Part shown: positions 7,083-16,662 of the stretch, in pieces
Position numbering within the stretch: position 1 is the first letter of the stretch
How the letters are laid out: each line of letters begins with the position of its first letter
Origin: Promethearchaeota archaeon
GTDB taxonomy: Archaea; Asgardarchaeota; Odinarchaeia; Odinarchaeales; JBHLKK01
Assembly: GCA_048939465.1 (NCBI GenBank)
Contig: JBHLPL010000009.1
Location: 1 to 32,000 of the forward strand
Direction of reading: 5' to 3'
DNA: 32,000 nucleotides
Made by a program: the position numbers and the translations under genes
Notes under the pieces: model-generated
Database searches by the model: none
The model's input: the letters and a program-made list of their open reading frames with translations, nothing else
Told to the model about the DNA's origin: nothing

Positions 7083-7643
7083 TTACCCAAGAACGTATCC
7101 AATTTGTTTGACAAGTTCACGACGTTCTTTGCGTTGATCGTCTGTTTCTATTCTTTTCACAGATTGTCCGTCCACAAAGCCCAATACTGCACGGCCTTCC
7201 ACACCATTGATGCCCACTTCTGCGACTATTACCTTGCAGCGATTCGCAGTTGCGCCGTAGACTATCGCGACATGTGGTAATAGCTTGATACTATTTAGAA
7301 CATTAATCGGCCATGCTCCCTGAATCATGATTACAAATACATGACTTGCCCCGATATTTCTGCAGTTTTCAGCCGTCAATTGCTCTAGTTCGGGGTCGTT
7401 ACTATTGACACGGGTAAGTCTGGGATCTGCTTCATTCATTGCACAAGCAAACTTCACATCACCAGTAGTTACTCCCGGAACTGACATCTGAATGGTCCGG
7501 AAGAGGTCGTCAACAAGTTTTACTGAGAAATTGGGGTCCCTCTACCTCTTGTATTGATCTTAAAGGGATTTCCCCTGTCCGACAATTATCTGATGCTCGG
7601 GTTCCTTCTTAATGTCTATTGAAATGAGTTTTATTTCGCTCAA
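7083..7643 (-). CDS. Adenosine-specific kinase family (DUF355/PAE2307-like), two exons (7643-7570 and 7530-7083), 173 aa after splicing
   Basis: TTG at 7643 with SD GGAGG 7 nt upstream gives MSEIKLISIDIKKEPEHQIIVGQG, then NFSVKLVDDLF...NEADPRLTRV..ND..L...IGASHVFVI...WPINVLN...ATAN...GFVDG...ERRELVKQIGY. Confidence 0.9.
7531..7569 (-). other. BHB intron (39 nt) in DUF355 mRNA
   Basis: Minus strand: helix GGGG/CCCC, bulges AAA and AAU, intron stem UCCCUUUA/UAGAGGGA (8 bp). Two in-frame stops (TAA, TAG) lie inside. Splicing gives GGG-AAU-UUC (G-N-F). Confidence 0.9.
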
Positions 7644-7808
7644 CTCTTGACCTCCTTTTCAATATCATGGATTAAGACATTATTTCAATCAGACTGTAAT
7701 AAATCCTTTTGAAATCCTTTTTATCTAGGTAAACCTTTTTCCCTAATATTCAGATGAATGAGGAGACTGATTGCATTCATAAGTGCCAAAAAAGAATATA
7801 AGAAGGAA

Positions 7809-8900
7809 TTACAGTGCTAATGTTCCTCGCTTGATAACAGGCTTTCCATCTAGCTCAATAGTTGGTTGAGTGGCGGTGATTTGTTGATACCAACTAGTTT
7901 CATTCCTTCCATGCTGTGCTTTATTGTCGCCTATCGCTAACGTAACTGTTCCTAGGACGATTTCGTTCTCAATAAAACCGGTTTTGGCCTTTGGGTTCAA
8001 ACCCAGCAGGAACAATCCTAGTCTGTCTTTGTCGCCTTTTGCGTTTTTCCAGCTTGATTTCATTGTTTCCACATTCTTGCTTCCTTCAAAGGACACTAGT
8101 CTTCCGTCTTTGAATTCCCAGGAAATACCATGGACTAGCTTGGCTGCAAACGCCTCAGGAATGTCTGAGACAAATCTCCCATTTACGCTTGCTTCCGAAG
8201 GTGCTAATCCAACAACCCCACCAGGCAAAATGACTTCTAGATTCCCCTTTCTAACATCCTCTTCATCGACTATACCATCATGGATGAAGGTAGGTCTATC
8301 TTCCAAGCTGAAGTTTATGTCCGTTCCCGTTGGGGTCGTGATACGAACCGTCTTCGCCTTTTCCAAGATATTGCCGATCTTGGTTCCAAGTCTCTTGATC
8401 TCCTCATACTCCACATCTAAAGAACTAATAGCGCTCTTCTTCCATTCGTCATAGTTGAATCCGTAGACTTTTGCTCTTTGAGGCGTAACTAGTCCTAAAC
8501 GAATATGTGCTGTCCGAACTCTTTTTTTAATCCACTTATCACGGTAGGACGTCCCTCCTTCGGAAGACGCAGCCCACCTTTCAGGATCAACTTGCTTCAT
8601 CCTCTCGGGATTCTCAGGACCCCATACGTTGATTGAGGCAGTCTGTGCATCCAATAACGCCAGTTCAAGGGGGTTGGACATTTTCAGATAATCTAAGGGA
8701 AGGTTGAGCATATAATCATAGAAAGTCTCGTCTGTATCAATCTGCAAAATCGCTTGTGCTCCAGTTCTTCTGCACTCCAACACAAAGGCCTTTGCCAAAT
8801 CAAGATTATGAGGGTATGCATAGATTACAACATTATCCTCTTTCCCTATTCTTAGACAGGTATTGATGACTCGCTTCACAAATGAAGGTACTTCCAACAT
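7809..8900 (-). CDS. Peptidase M29 (AmpT/AmpS-like) aminopeptidase homolog, probably lacking most metal ligands
   Basis: VRITTPTGTDINFSLEDR, DGIVDEED, LPGG..GLAP, FKDGRLV, LGLN, GTVTLAIGDN, ELDGKPVIKRG follow the M29 fold pattern. Confidence 0.8.
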   Translation of the reverse strand: MLEVPSFVKRVINTCLRIGKEDNVVIYAYPHNLDLAKAFVLECRRTGAQAILQIDTDETFYDYMLNLPLDYLKMSNPLELALLDAQTASINVWGPENPERMKQVDPERWAASSEGGTSYRDKWIKKRVRTAHIRLGLVTPQRAKVYGFNYDEWKKSAISSLDVEYEEIKRLGTKIGNILEKAKTVRITTPTGTDINFSLEDRPTFIHDGIVDEEDVRKGNLEVILPGGVVGLAPSEASVNGRFVSDIPEAFAAKLVHGISWEFKDGRLVSFEGSKNVETMKSSWKNAKGDKDRLGLFLLGLNPKAKTGFIENEIVLGTVTLAIGDNKAQHGRNETSWYQQITATQPTIELDGKPVIKRGTLAL

Positions 8901-9259
8901 GGACCGTCCCTCTGACTTTTTTCCTATGAAGCGACCTATTCCACCGTCTGAGTATATAAGAATTGGCTCTGATGAGTTGAAGTGAGAAACACGACAGGTT
9001 GATTCCCAACCTCGCAGAATCTAGTCTATTCTGGCAGAACCGATACGAGACGATAAAAGCAGCATATGATTCTGGAGTACAATGGAATACATAATAAGAC
9101 AGGAGAGTATAACTTCGACTCAAGCGAATCGCAGCCCACAACAGCAATCGAAGCAAGATTAATAGGCATGGACCATATGCCACCGATTTGCTCCGGGCCA
9201 TCGAAAGCTTTTAGAAGGTTAACGCGTCTACAATTTTGTATCCATTTGGGGGTTTTGAA

Positions 9260-9847
9260 TTGGAAGTCGAAAAATCATCCGAAAAAACGATAAATGAGGT
9301 TCAGTATTGGATAAAACGACAGCTGAGAGACCCAATCACAAAAATATTGCTTCCCAAATCCAGTCTGACGGAAATACAGTTAAATACGCTTTTATTAGAC
9401 CTCATGACGGATTCAATTTCACACAGAAAATTGACCTATAGAGAGAAGGCAACTTTGAGAAGACTGAAAGTCGAGGCCAAGAACGAGGGGAAGAAAACAA
9501 AAAGAAAGGTAGTATCAACTGCGGATGGAGTATCACGAGGTGCTTTCAACAGGGTGTTAAGGCAAGCCAGGCGGAACGTGATCCGTTCAGTCTACACCAT
9601 AATCCTATTAGGGTACCTGGGCATTTTTGAAGAGCCTAAATTGCAGCCATACTTGGTTTTGGCTAAGGAATTGAGAGAATATGTCAAGACCTATGAAGAG
9701 GTTTGGAATAAACACCAGAAACGAAAGACGAAGAAAAGTGAAATGGAATTACTGAGAACTTTTCAAGAGCACATCAAGGAGCTGGTGCAGAAACTTGGAG
9801 ATCCGTTAGCACTAAAAGAAGGAATAGAAACGGATTATGAGGTGTAA
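9260..9847 (+). CDS. Conserved hypothetical protein (possible HTH: GVSRGAFNRVLRQARRN...YTIILLGYLG)
   Basis: Long ORF with plausible composition; TTG at 9260 follows GGGGGT. Confidence 0.7.
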   Translation: MEVEKSSEKTINEVQYWIKRQLRDPITKILLPKSSLTEIQLNTLLLDLMTDSISHRKLTYREKATLRRLKVEAKNEGKKTKRKVVSTADGVSRGAFNRVLRQARRNVIRSVYTIILLGYLGIFEEPKLQPYLVLAKELREYVKTYEEVWNKHQKRKTKKSEMELLRTFQEHIKELVQKLGDPLALKEGIETDYEV

Positions 9848-10042
9848 ACCGCTCCTCTGGTTTGGGGGACAATGGAATACGCAGTCATATATTGTATTTG
9901 ACTCAGTCTATGTCTCATCTTCTCTCTCGCTTTTCCGGTCTTCACAGAGCCGAGCATTTGATAGGAAATCTCTGCATACAAAGCTAATCGAAATTAGAAA
10001 ATATATTTAAATACATTGATTTGTATCTTTTTGTGACAAACT

Positions 10043-10450
10043 ATGACAGGAGATCGGATTTCAAGCCCGGATAGAAGACTAGAACGTTTGACTAAGAGCG
10101 GGATTTGTCCGGCCGAAAACTCCATGGAATATGCCAAAGAACTCAAAGAACTTGTCGACCAGATTATGGAAAAGAGCAATGTGAAGCTGCAGAGTAGATT
10201 CTTTAAGGCTTTGTCGGATATAACTCGGATTAAGATTCTGAAGTTGCTCAGTCTTAGGCGAATGTGTGTTTGTGAGATAATGATTGCTTTAGATTTAACC
10301 CAACCTACAGCATCCCATCACTTACGTATTTTGGAGAACGTGGGAATCCTCAAGGATGAACGCAAGGGCAAATGGATTTTTTACAGTATAGCTAATCCAA
10401 AAACGGTCAAGGCTGTTGAAGAGATAGAGAACAGCATCTCAGGCGGTTAG
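10043..10450 (+). CDS. arsR: ArsR/SmtB family transcriptional regulator
   Basis: FKALSDITRIKIL, MCVCEI (CxC metal/arsenite site), TQPTASHHLRIL, RKGKWIFY; lies upstream of acr3. Confidence 0.92.
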   Translation: MTGDRISSPDRRLERLTKSGICPAENSMEYAKELKELVDQIMEKSNVKLQSRFFKALSDITRIKILKLLSLRRMCVCEIMIALDLTQPTASHHLRILENVGILKDERKGKWIFYSIANPKTVKAVEEIENSISGG

Positions 10451-10554
10451 AGAGTGTGTTCGTAAACTGTTTCTGCAAATATATCGAAAAACTTAAATAT
10501 GTAAATATGAAAACTGGACTTCTCTCCAAAAGAAGTTATTACTGATAGGCGGTT

Positions 10555-11592
10555 GTGGTCAAGATGGGCGACGAGAAAAGACTAGGTATCTTCGAGAAGT
10601 ACCTGACTTTGTGGATCGCCATATGTATAATTATTGGACTGTTGTTAGGTCGTTTTCTTCCTGCGTTTGGAGAGTATTTAGACTCTTTAAAAATCGGTCA
10701 GCTGTCCATTCCTATTGGCATTTGTTTGTTCTTCATGATGTACCCCACAGTGGTTCAAATACGATTTGGAGACGTCATCAAAGCTTCAAAGAATCCAAAA
10801 CCGCTTCTTCTAACTATAGCTGCAAATTGGGTTATCAATCCGCCTTTAGCAACACTTCTCGCAAACACATTTCTGGCGGGACAATCCGGCTTCATTGCGG
10901 GAGTCATCTTACTAGGCATATCACCATGCACAGCGATGGTCATGTGGTGGATTATGCTCGCTCGTGGAGATCTAGGGCAAGGACTTGTGAACACAGCAAT
11001 CAATGCGCTTCTGATGGTAGTCCTGTATGCTCCATTGGCAGCTTTCTATTTAGGTGTGAGTGCCATTCCTGTGCCATGGGATTTAATTGCCCTGAGTGTC
11101 CTGCTATTTATAGCACTTCCAGTAGCGAGTGGGTCGATTTCACGTTGGGCAGTCATCAGACGTAAGGGTCAAGAATGGTTTGACGAAAAGTATGTGCCTG
11201 TCTGGGGAAAAATATCGATCATTGCCTTGCTAACTACATTGATCGTCATGTTCTCATTGGAAGGAGAGACTATCATTAATCAGCCTTTGACCGTGGCGTT
11301 GATTGCCGCACCATTACTGCTTGGTTATGCAATAATGGTTTCCTTAACCTATGTAGTTTCATGGTTTGCCAACTGGAAGTATGAATCGTCAATAACTAAT
11401 GCACTCATTGGCTCCAGTAGTCACTTCGAGGTTGCTATTGCTGTAGCAACAACCCTCTTTGGTATTGGCTCAGGTGCAGCACTAGCTACAGTCATAGGTC
11501 CTCTTATGGAAGTTCCTATAATGCTCCTCTTAGTAAAGGTAGGTCTGCGGACAAGGCGATATTTCCCCAGGAATAAAATCAGTGAAGAATAG
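10555..11592 (+). CDS. acr3: ACR3 family arsenite efflux transporter
   Basis: FEKYLTLWI, MMYP, NWVINP, GISPCTAMV, SSHFEVAIAVA, GPLMEVPIML. Confidence 0.95.
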   Translation: MVKMGDEKRLGIFEKYLTLWIAICIIIGLLLGRFLPAFGEYLDSLKIGQLSIPIGICLFFMMYPTVVQIRFGDVIKASKNPKPLLLTIAANWVINPPLATLLANTFLAGQSGFIAGVILLGISPCTAMVMWWIMLARGDLGQGLVNTAINALLMVVLYAPLAAFYLGVSAIPVPWDLIALSVLLFIALPVASGSISRWAVIRRKGQEWFDEKYVPVWGKISIIALLTTLIVMFSLEGETIINQPLTVALIAAPLLLGYAIMVSLTYVVSWFANWKYESSITNALIGSSSHFEVAIAVATTLFGIGSGAALATVIGPLMEVPIMLLLVKVGLRTRRYFPRNKISEE

Positions 11593-11663
11593 TAATTAGA
11601 TATCAGTATTAACTCAGAGCCTCAGATCTAAACAGAAGAAACACCGACACATCATAAATTAGC

Positions 11664-12026
11664 TTATAATGTTTTTTCAAACATCCCGAGGATGCGTTTC
11701 TTGGTTTCAGGGTAACCAACTTCAAGGGCTTCACGTATGATAACGGAAGGCTTCGCAAAGGGTTTTGCCATAAAATCTTCGCCGAGAACTTCCACAACCC
11801 TATCGATATCCTTCTTTATGTGTTTCGGGATCCAGATTGAGATTTTGATCATTTCTGGTGTTTCAGTGACTCCGGCGGACTCCCCCGTTTCTAGAGATTG
11901 TAACTTCGAGCTGTCTCGTTCTCTTACAATACTATCCCATTTACCAGCAATATCTGAAGCTTTCCCTCCATCAACTTTCTTAAATCTGGATGAAAAAATA
12001 TCTTTGCTTCCCTTTTTCTTCGCCAT
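11664..12026 (-). CDS. Hypothetical protein with a disordered basic N-terminus and a C-terminal ribbon-helix-helix-like segment
   Basis: MIKISIWIPKHIKKDIDRVV...KPSVIIREALE fits the RHH beta-alpha-alpha pattern; co-directional behind an ATPase gene. Confidence 0.6.
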   Translation of the reverse strand: MAKKKGSKDIFSSRFKKVDGGKASDIAGKWDSIVRERDSSKLQSLETGESAGVTETPEMIKISIWIPKHIKKDIDRVVEVLGEDFMAKPFAKPSVIIREALEVGYPETKKRILGMFEKTL

Positions 12027-12090
12027 TTTTATCCCCCGTTATCCTACGTCAGAACACAACGTAATACAAACTAGGATAATGTAATACGTA

Positions 12091-13005
12091 CTATATTAGT
12101 CTTTGCATAGCGCTTTCCACAATCTCAGGAGTAATTGATAAATCGCCACCCGGATTTTCAATACGGACGTCGATGCACAAGGCACACAATTTCCTAACGG
12201 TTCTTGGATGTCCTTTGCTAAGTTTGTGGATAGTCTCAACAGCTTCTGGGGTGAAAGGATGTATTGCAGTACCACTGATTTCTTTATAGTCCTCACCCTT
12301 TGCAAAAGCGATCCACCTAGCTATGAATTCTGCAGTCTCTTTGAAGTCAAAACCCACTAACGGATATTTTATCAGTATTCTATCGACAAGGGGTTCCATA
12401 GTAGGGATGGAAAGACGCCGGAAAATTTCGTGCGTTGCCAGAAGGATTATCTTGCAGGCCTTTCGTCCATCATATTCAATGTCGCTAAATTGCTTCAACG
12501 TATCAAGGTTTGGTATGCTGAGTTTCTGAGCCTCATCCACAATTACCAGAGTTTGCAGTCCCTTCGTGGCCGAGAGTTCATAAATCTCCTGCAAAATCAT
12601 AGAGACTACGGCTTCCCTATTATTCCATTTACTTCCGAAGTCTATCTCAAGATCGTCCCCGATTAATCTCAGAAGCTGAAGATCGGTATATCGTCCGGGA
12701 TCGTCCACAACAATAAACTTGAACTTTCTGCTAATTTCAGGATCTTCTTCTAATTCTGTTACCATTTCACGCCTAAAACAAGATTTACCAATACCTGCAT
12801 CAGCATAAATGAGGATAATCTGGCTCTTCTCTCCGTTGAGAGCTTGGGCTATTTGAATAATACATTCCTCATTATTATCTACGTACGTTCTCGGATCCGG
12901 AAGTTCAACATCAGGAAAGGCAGGCCTCTCCCACCCTAAAATTTCGTAATATTTTGCTCTAGCTACGGCCAGATCCTTTACTCTCCCCACAAACGGTTCT
13001 CGCAT
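12091..13005 (-). CDS. ExeA/GspA-like AAA+ ATPase
   Basis: Walker A YADAGIGKS, Walker B LVIVDEAQKL, LVDRI..KYPLVGFDFKETAEFI, FTPEAVETIHKLSKGHPRTVRKLC. Confidence 0.8.
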   Translation of the reverse strand: MREPFVGRVKDLAVARAKYYEILGWERPAFPDVELPDPRTYVDNNEECIIQIAQALNGEKSQIILIYADAGIGKSCFRREMVTELEEDPEISRKFKFIVVDDPGRYTDLQLLRLIGDDLEIDFGSKWNNREAVVSMILQEIYELSATKGLQTLVIVDEAQKLSIPNLDTLKQFSDIEYDGRKACKIILLATHEIFRRLSIPTMEPLVDRILIKYPLVGFDFKETAEFIARWIAFAKGEDYKEISGTAIHPFTPEAVETIHKLSKGHPRTVRKLCALCIDVRIENPGGDLSITPEIVESAMQRLI

Positions 13006-13360
13006 CTACCTTCCCTCACAACATCGATAATCCGTTGTGTTCTAATGTAATACCTTATCCTATATCGGAATACATGCCATCAGCGCATTTTGCTAAGAGA
13101 GGATATACACCTTTCACTTAAAAAACTAGGCGCATCAGACAGTACTAGAAAGATGTGTAAATTAGAAAAAAGATTTCTGTGACGGATTCCCCACTAGATT
13201 TCCTACCGCGAAGACTAGGGGGGGGAAGAAAAAAGCATGAGGCTTTCACCAAACGGATGACTTGGCAAGTTGAGTAGGTCATGTAAACACAAACAGGATC
13301 TTATGAAGAACCAGAAGATATTCACTTATGTAGCCACAGGGTGTGAAAGAAATTGCATTG

Positions 13361-13945
13361 TTAGATAGTGCAAGGCAGAATTATAGCTCCATCACAGCTT
13401 TCGAAGGTAATCGTTTTGTGTTCGTGGTGCAACTTGGCCGTAAATGCACCAGTTATTGCATCCAGTTCGTGCAACGAAACCCCCATCTCTATCCCGCCGT
13501 AACCCAGTTCCTGAAAGGCGTTAATGATTCTTGCTTTGTTACGCAAGGGAAATCCCAGAGCCTTCCTAGCGGAGAGGGGGTGTGTTTCCGTCACATAAAT
13601 ATCATATTCCCTCAAATCCCTAGCCAGCCTTACGCCGCGATATGTTAGGGAACGCATAGCACCAAAAAGAGGAGGAAATAACCTGTAACCACTCTTTATG
13701 AGCTTTAAATCCACATCTCTAAATGAGCCATTACTGGGCAAAGAGAGCGGAGCATCAATAGCAACCACTGTTGGTTTTTCGCGAATTGTAGCGTCAAGAA
13801 TCTCTGAATTTTCATAGACCGACTTTGAAGTAAAGCATTTATCCTCGAGGATTGCCCATCCAGTAGGATTTTTCGGAATTCCTGCCAGATCAATGCCTAC
13901 AAATCTAAACTTCATCTTGCACAGCTCTTTCATCCTATATTGCAT
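13361..13945 (-). CDS. DUF429 family predicted RNase H-like nuclease (start may be ATG 13915)
   Basis: FVGIDLAG..KNPTGWA, VAIDAPLSLP, FRDVD, ETHP, HELDAITGA. Confidence 0.85.
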   Translation of the reverse strand: MQYRMKELCKMKFRFVGIDLAGIPKNPTGWAILEDKCFTSKSVYENSEILDATIREKPTVVAIDAPLSLPSNGSFRDVDLKLIKSGYRLFPPLFGAMRSLTYRGVRLARDLREYDIYVTETHPLSARKALGFPLRNKARIINAFQELGYGGIEMGVSLHELDAITGAFTAKLHHEHKTITFESCDGAIILPCTI

Positions 13946-14097
13946 TCTTATATATTACAATATATGACGACATAAGACATCATATTATCAAGTACTGTGC
14001 TCGTTAGGCTTTCAGGAGCCACACCATAAAGTTATTTTAGTCAAAAGAATGTTAGGAATTAGGTGTATTAGGTTTACTGTTACAGAAGTGAAAGACT

Positions 14098-15624
14098 TTG
14101 GGTTGTGAAACAGACAAGCTATTGAAAGCAGTGTTGGATGAGGGGTTTCAGATTTCACCTGAAGCACTCAACTCATTAAGCGTCATAGACAATCCAGAGG
14201 AACTGATTGCAGGAATAATCGGCAAAATAAAAGGGATGGCCGAAAAGCCACTAGTCATTACCAAGGAGCTAATCGAGCAAGAGGTACCGTTCAGAGAAAG
14301 AAGGAAACCGGTTGAGGAGATCAGACCCTTACCAGTCAGCATTACAGGCAGGAGGAAATTCAAACCCATTGCAAAGGAAATTGACCCAGAAATAGAGGTT
14401 CTCCGTGATCCAACAGGGAAACTGCACGGAAGGGGAAGGGTAGAGGACTTCATAGATTATTTTAGGGACAGGTACAACCGCCTATACAAACTGTTCCTTC
14501 AAAGAGGAGATCTAAACGTCGTACCGATAGCCGACCTTCCCAACTACAAGAATAGGGAGACCGTAAGAATCATTGCAATGGTGACCTCTAAGAGACAGAC
14601 TAAAACCGGGAAGCTGATGCTAGAAGTGGAAGATTTGCAATCAAGCATCCGGGCCATCGTTCCTATGTTAAACGAGCAGCTTGCGGAAAAGGCAGCCCGC
14701 ATAATGCTTGATCAAGTGTTATGTATTGAAGGGTTTATGAATGGAAATCTCTTGGTTGCAACAGACATAATGTGGCTAAATACGCCAACACATCATGCAC
14801 CCAAGAAAGCAAATGTCCCCATATGTGCAGTACTAATATCGGACACACACATAGGCAATCAGACATTTTTAGAAGACGCATTCAACAGATTCATATCATG
14901 GATGAGGGGAAAAACAGGAAGCGAAAAGCAAAGGGAAATCGCAGGACAAGTGAAGTATCTACTAATAGCCGGAGATATTGTAGACGGCATCGGCATATAT
15001 CCAGGTCAAGAGAAGGAGCTCGCGATCAAAGATATCTACGAGCAATACAATGTTTCAGCTGGATTCATAGAACAAATACCGGAGTATGTAGAAATAATAA
15101 TAATCCCTGGAAACCACGATGCCACAAGACAGGCGTTACCACAACCAGCTATCCCAGAGAAATACTCAAGGCCCCTTCATCAAATATCCAACGTAAGAAT
15201 GCTGGGCAACCCATCACAGGTCAAATTGCATGGGGTTAATTTTCTACTGTGCCACGGTAGAAGTCTGGACGACGTAGCTGCAACAATTCCTCGTATCAGT
15301 ATGAATAAGTCTGCAGAAGTGATGAAGGAGCTCCTAATAGGAAGGCACTTGGCACCACAGTTCGGCAACGTGGTACAAATCGCCCCTGAAGAACGGGACT
15401 GGCTCGTAATTGAAGATATACCTGATGTATTTCATGCAGGACATGTTCACATAAGTGGGCAACGTAGATACAGAAACGTAACTCTGGTGAATTCTGGGAC
15501 TTGGCAAAGTCAAACAGACTATCAAAGGAGAAGGGGGATAATCCCAACCCCAGGGAAGGCACACATTTTCAATCTTCAATCTCATCAGTCACTAATAATG
15601 AACTTTCTCGAGACCTGTGAATAA
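14098..15624 (+). CDS. polD1: DNA polymerase D small subunit DP1 (3'-5' exonuclease)
   Basis: FRDRYNRL, ISDTHIG, AGDIVDGIGIYPGQ, PGNHDA, HGRSLDD, RHLAP, HAGHVH, NSGTWQSQTDYQ. Confidence 0.96.
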   Translation: MGCETDKLLKAVLDEGFQISPEALNSLSVIDNPEELIAGIIGKIKGMAEKPLVITKELIEQEVPFRERRKPVEEIRPLPVSITGRRKFKPIAKEIDPEIEVLRDPTGKLHGRGRVEDFIDYFRDRYNRLYKLFLQRGDLNVVPIADLPNYKNRETVRIIAMVTSKRQTKTGKLMLEVEDLQSSIRAIVPMLNEQLAEKAARIMLDQVLCIEGFMNGNLLVATDIMWLNTPTHHAPKKANVPICAVLISDTHIGNQTFLEDAFNRFISWMRGKTGSEKQREIAGQVKYLLIAGDIVDGIGIYPGQEKELAIKDIYEQYNVSAGFIEQIPEYVEIIIIPGNHDATRQALPQPAIPEKYSRPLHQISNVRMLGNPSQVKLHGVNFLLCHGRSLDDVAATIPRISMNKSAEVMKELLIGRHLAPQFGNVVQIAPEERDWLVIEDIPDVFHAGHVHISGQRRYRNVTLVNSGTWQSQTDYQRRRGIIPTPGKAHIFNLQSHQSLIMNFLETCE

Positions 15625-15740
15625 AGACAGGCACGTAACAGGCGAGTATATCGTATAAAGTATGACGTTATCCTATGTTGGGAGAATATCAGACGGCGTA
15701 TGACATTATGCTACATAGTATTACTTTCTCATATGCAGCG

Positions 15741-16580
15741 TCATCTGACATACTCTGCGACTATCATCCCGTAGTAAGTAGGGTTCGCCCTTGCCAGCAC
15801 GTTAGATCGGAAATCGGCACCTTCAAGCATACCTTGAAGAATAACAAAACCGACATAGCCACAGCATAACGCGCTCTCCAACTTGAGACTAGCATTTCCA
15901 AGAAGAAGGCTTTCATCCATAGTAGATGCCCACTTCTCTATTGTACTATCAAAGGTTTTGGCCGCTTCTGAGAAACCGTAAGGTCCATCACGTGAATGTG
16001 TGTGAGCGAGATCAGCACTGATAATCACGACTGCTTTCCTCCTCTGCGACTCGAAAAAGGATTTTAGATACTTCCCTAAAGCCAAAGATTCAGGAACCAT
16101 CTCTTTTGCTTCACTATATCTTCTCGTCGGCTGAGACATTATTATGTACTTCGTCTCTTTTGACAAGCCTCTTAAGAACCATAGAGGCACCACTTCCCCC
16201 CATCGGAGGGGGGCATCAACACTCGCACTAAATGCAGATATTCCGCTCACAAGAGCTCCCCTTTTCCTGAGATACTCCAACAGTCTTCCTGCTTGTTCTT
16301 GATCAAATTCCACACAGACTCTATATTCCTTATACTCATTATCCCACTCAGCGCTTCCACTTCCAGCTGAATTCAAATAAATTCCAAAATCTCGAGATAA
16401 TGCAATACCATGGGGCGAAGTCAGAAAAACCAGGCTCGGTTTAAGGTTAATAATCGTGTTAGAAGCATCGACCATGGCATTGTGAAGTCTTATAGCCTCC
16501 TTTTGAACTGCCTTCTTCTTCGGGTCTAATATCATTGAACCGTGTGGAACGATAAAAGCACCAACCATTGGCATATCCAA
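15741..16580 (-). CDS. LigB / class III extradiol dioxygenase subunit B-like protein
   Basis: AFIVPHG, LTSPHG, LRWGEVVPLWFL, IISADLAHTH..GPYG, CCGYVG, TYYGMIVA. Confidence 0.8.
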   Translation of the reverse strand: MDMPMVGAFIVPHGSMILDPKKKAVQKEAIRLHNAMVDASNTIINLKPSLVFLTSPHGIALSRDFGIYLNSAGSGSAEWDNEYKEYRVCVEFDQEQAGRLLEYLRKRGALVSGISAFSASVDAPLRWGEVVPLWFLRGLSKETKYIIMSQPTRRYSEAKEMVPESLALGKYLKSFFESQRRKAVVIISADLAHTHSRDGPYGFSEAAKTFDSTIEKWASTMDESLLLGNASLKLESALCCGYVGFVILQGMLEGADFRSNVLARANPTYYGMIVAEYVR

Positions 16581-16662
16581 ACCTCCTTACTTCGATCCAG
16601 ATTGATCTGATGGCAAACACGAATTCAAACGCTGGAGAACCGTAACGGAAAAAGCCGGAGAA

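Noticed and set aside
8969-8989. CTGATGAG...GAAAC resembling a hammerhead ribozyme core or C box
   Set aside because: Stem II cannot form (no closing G-C pair before GAAA), and I found no stem I/III with NUH and no matching D box CTGA at a suitable distance.
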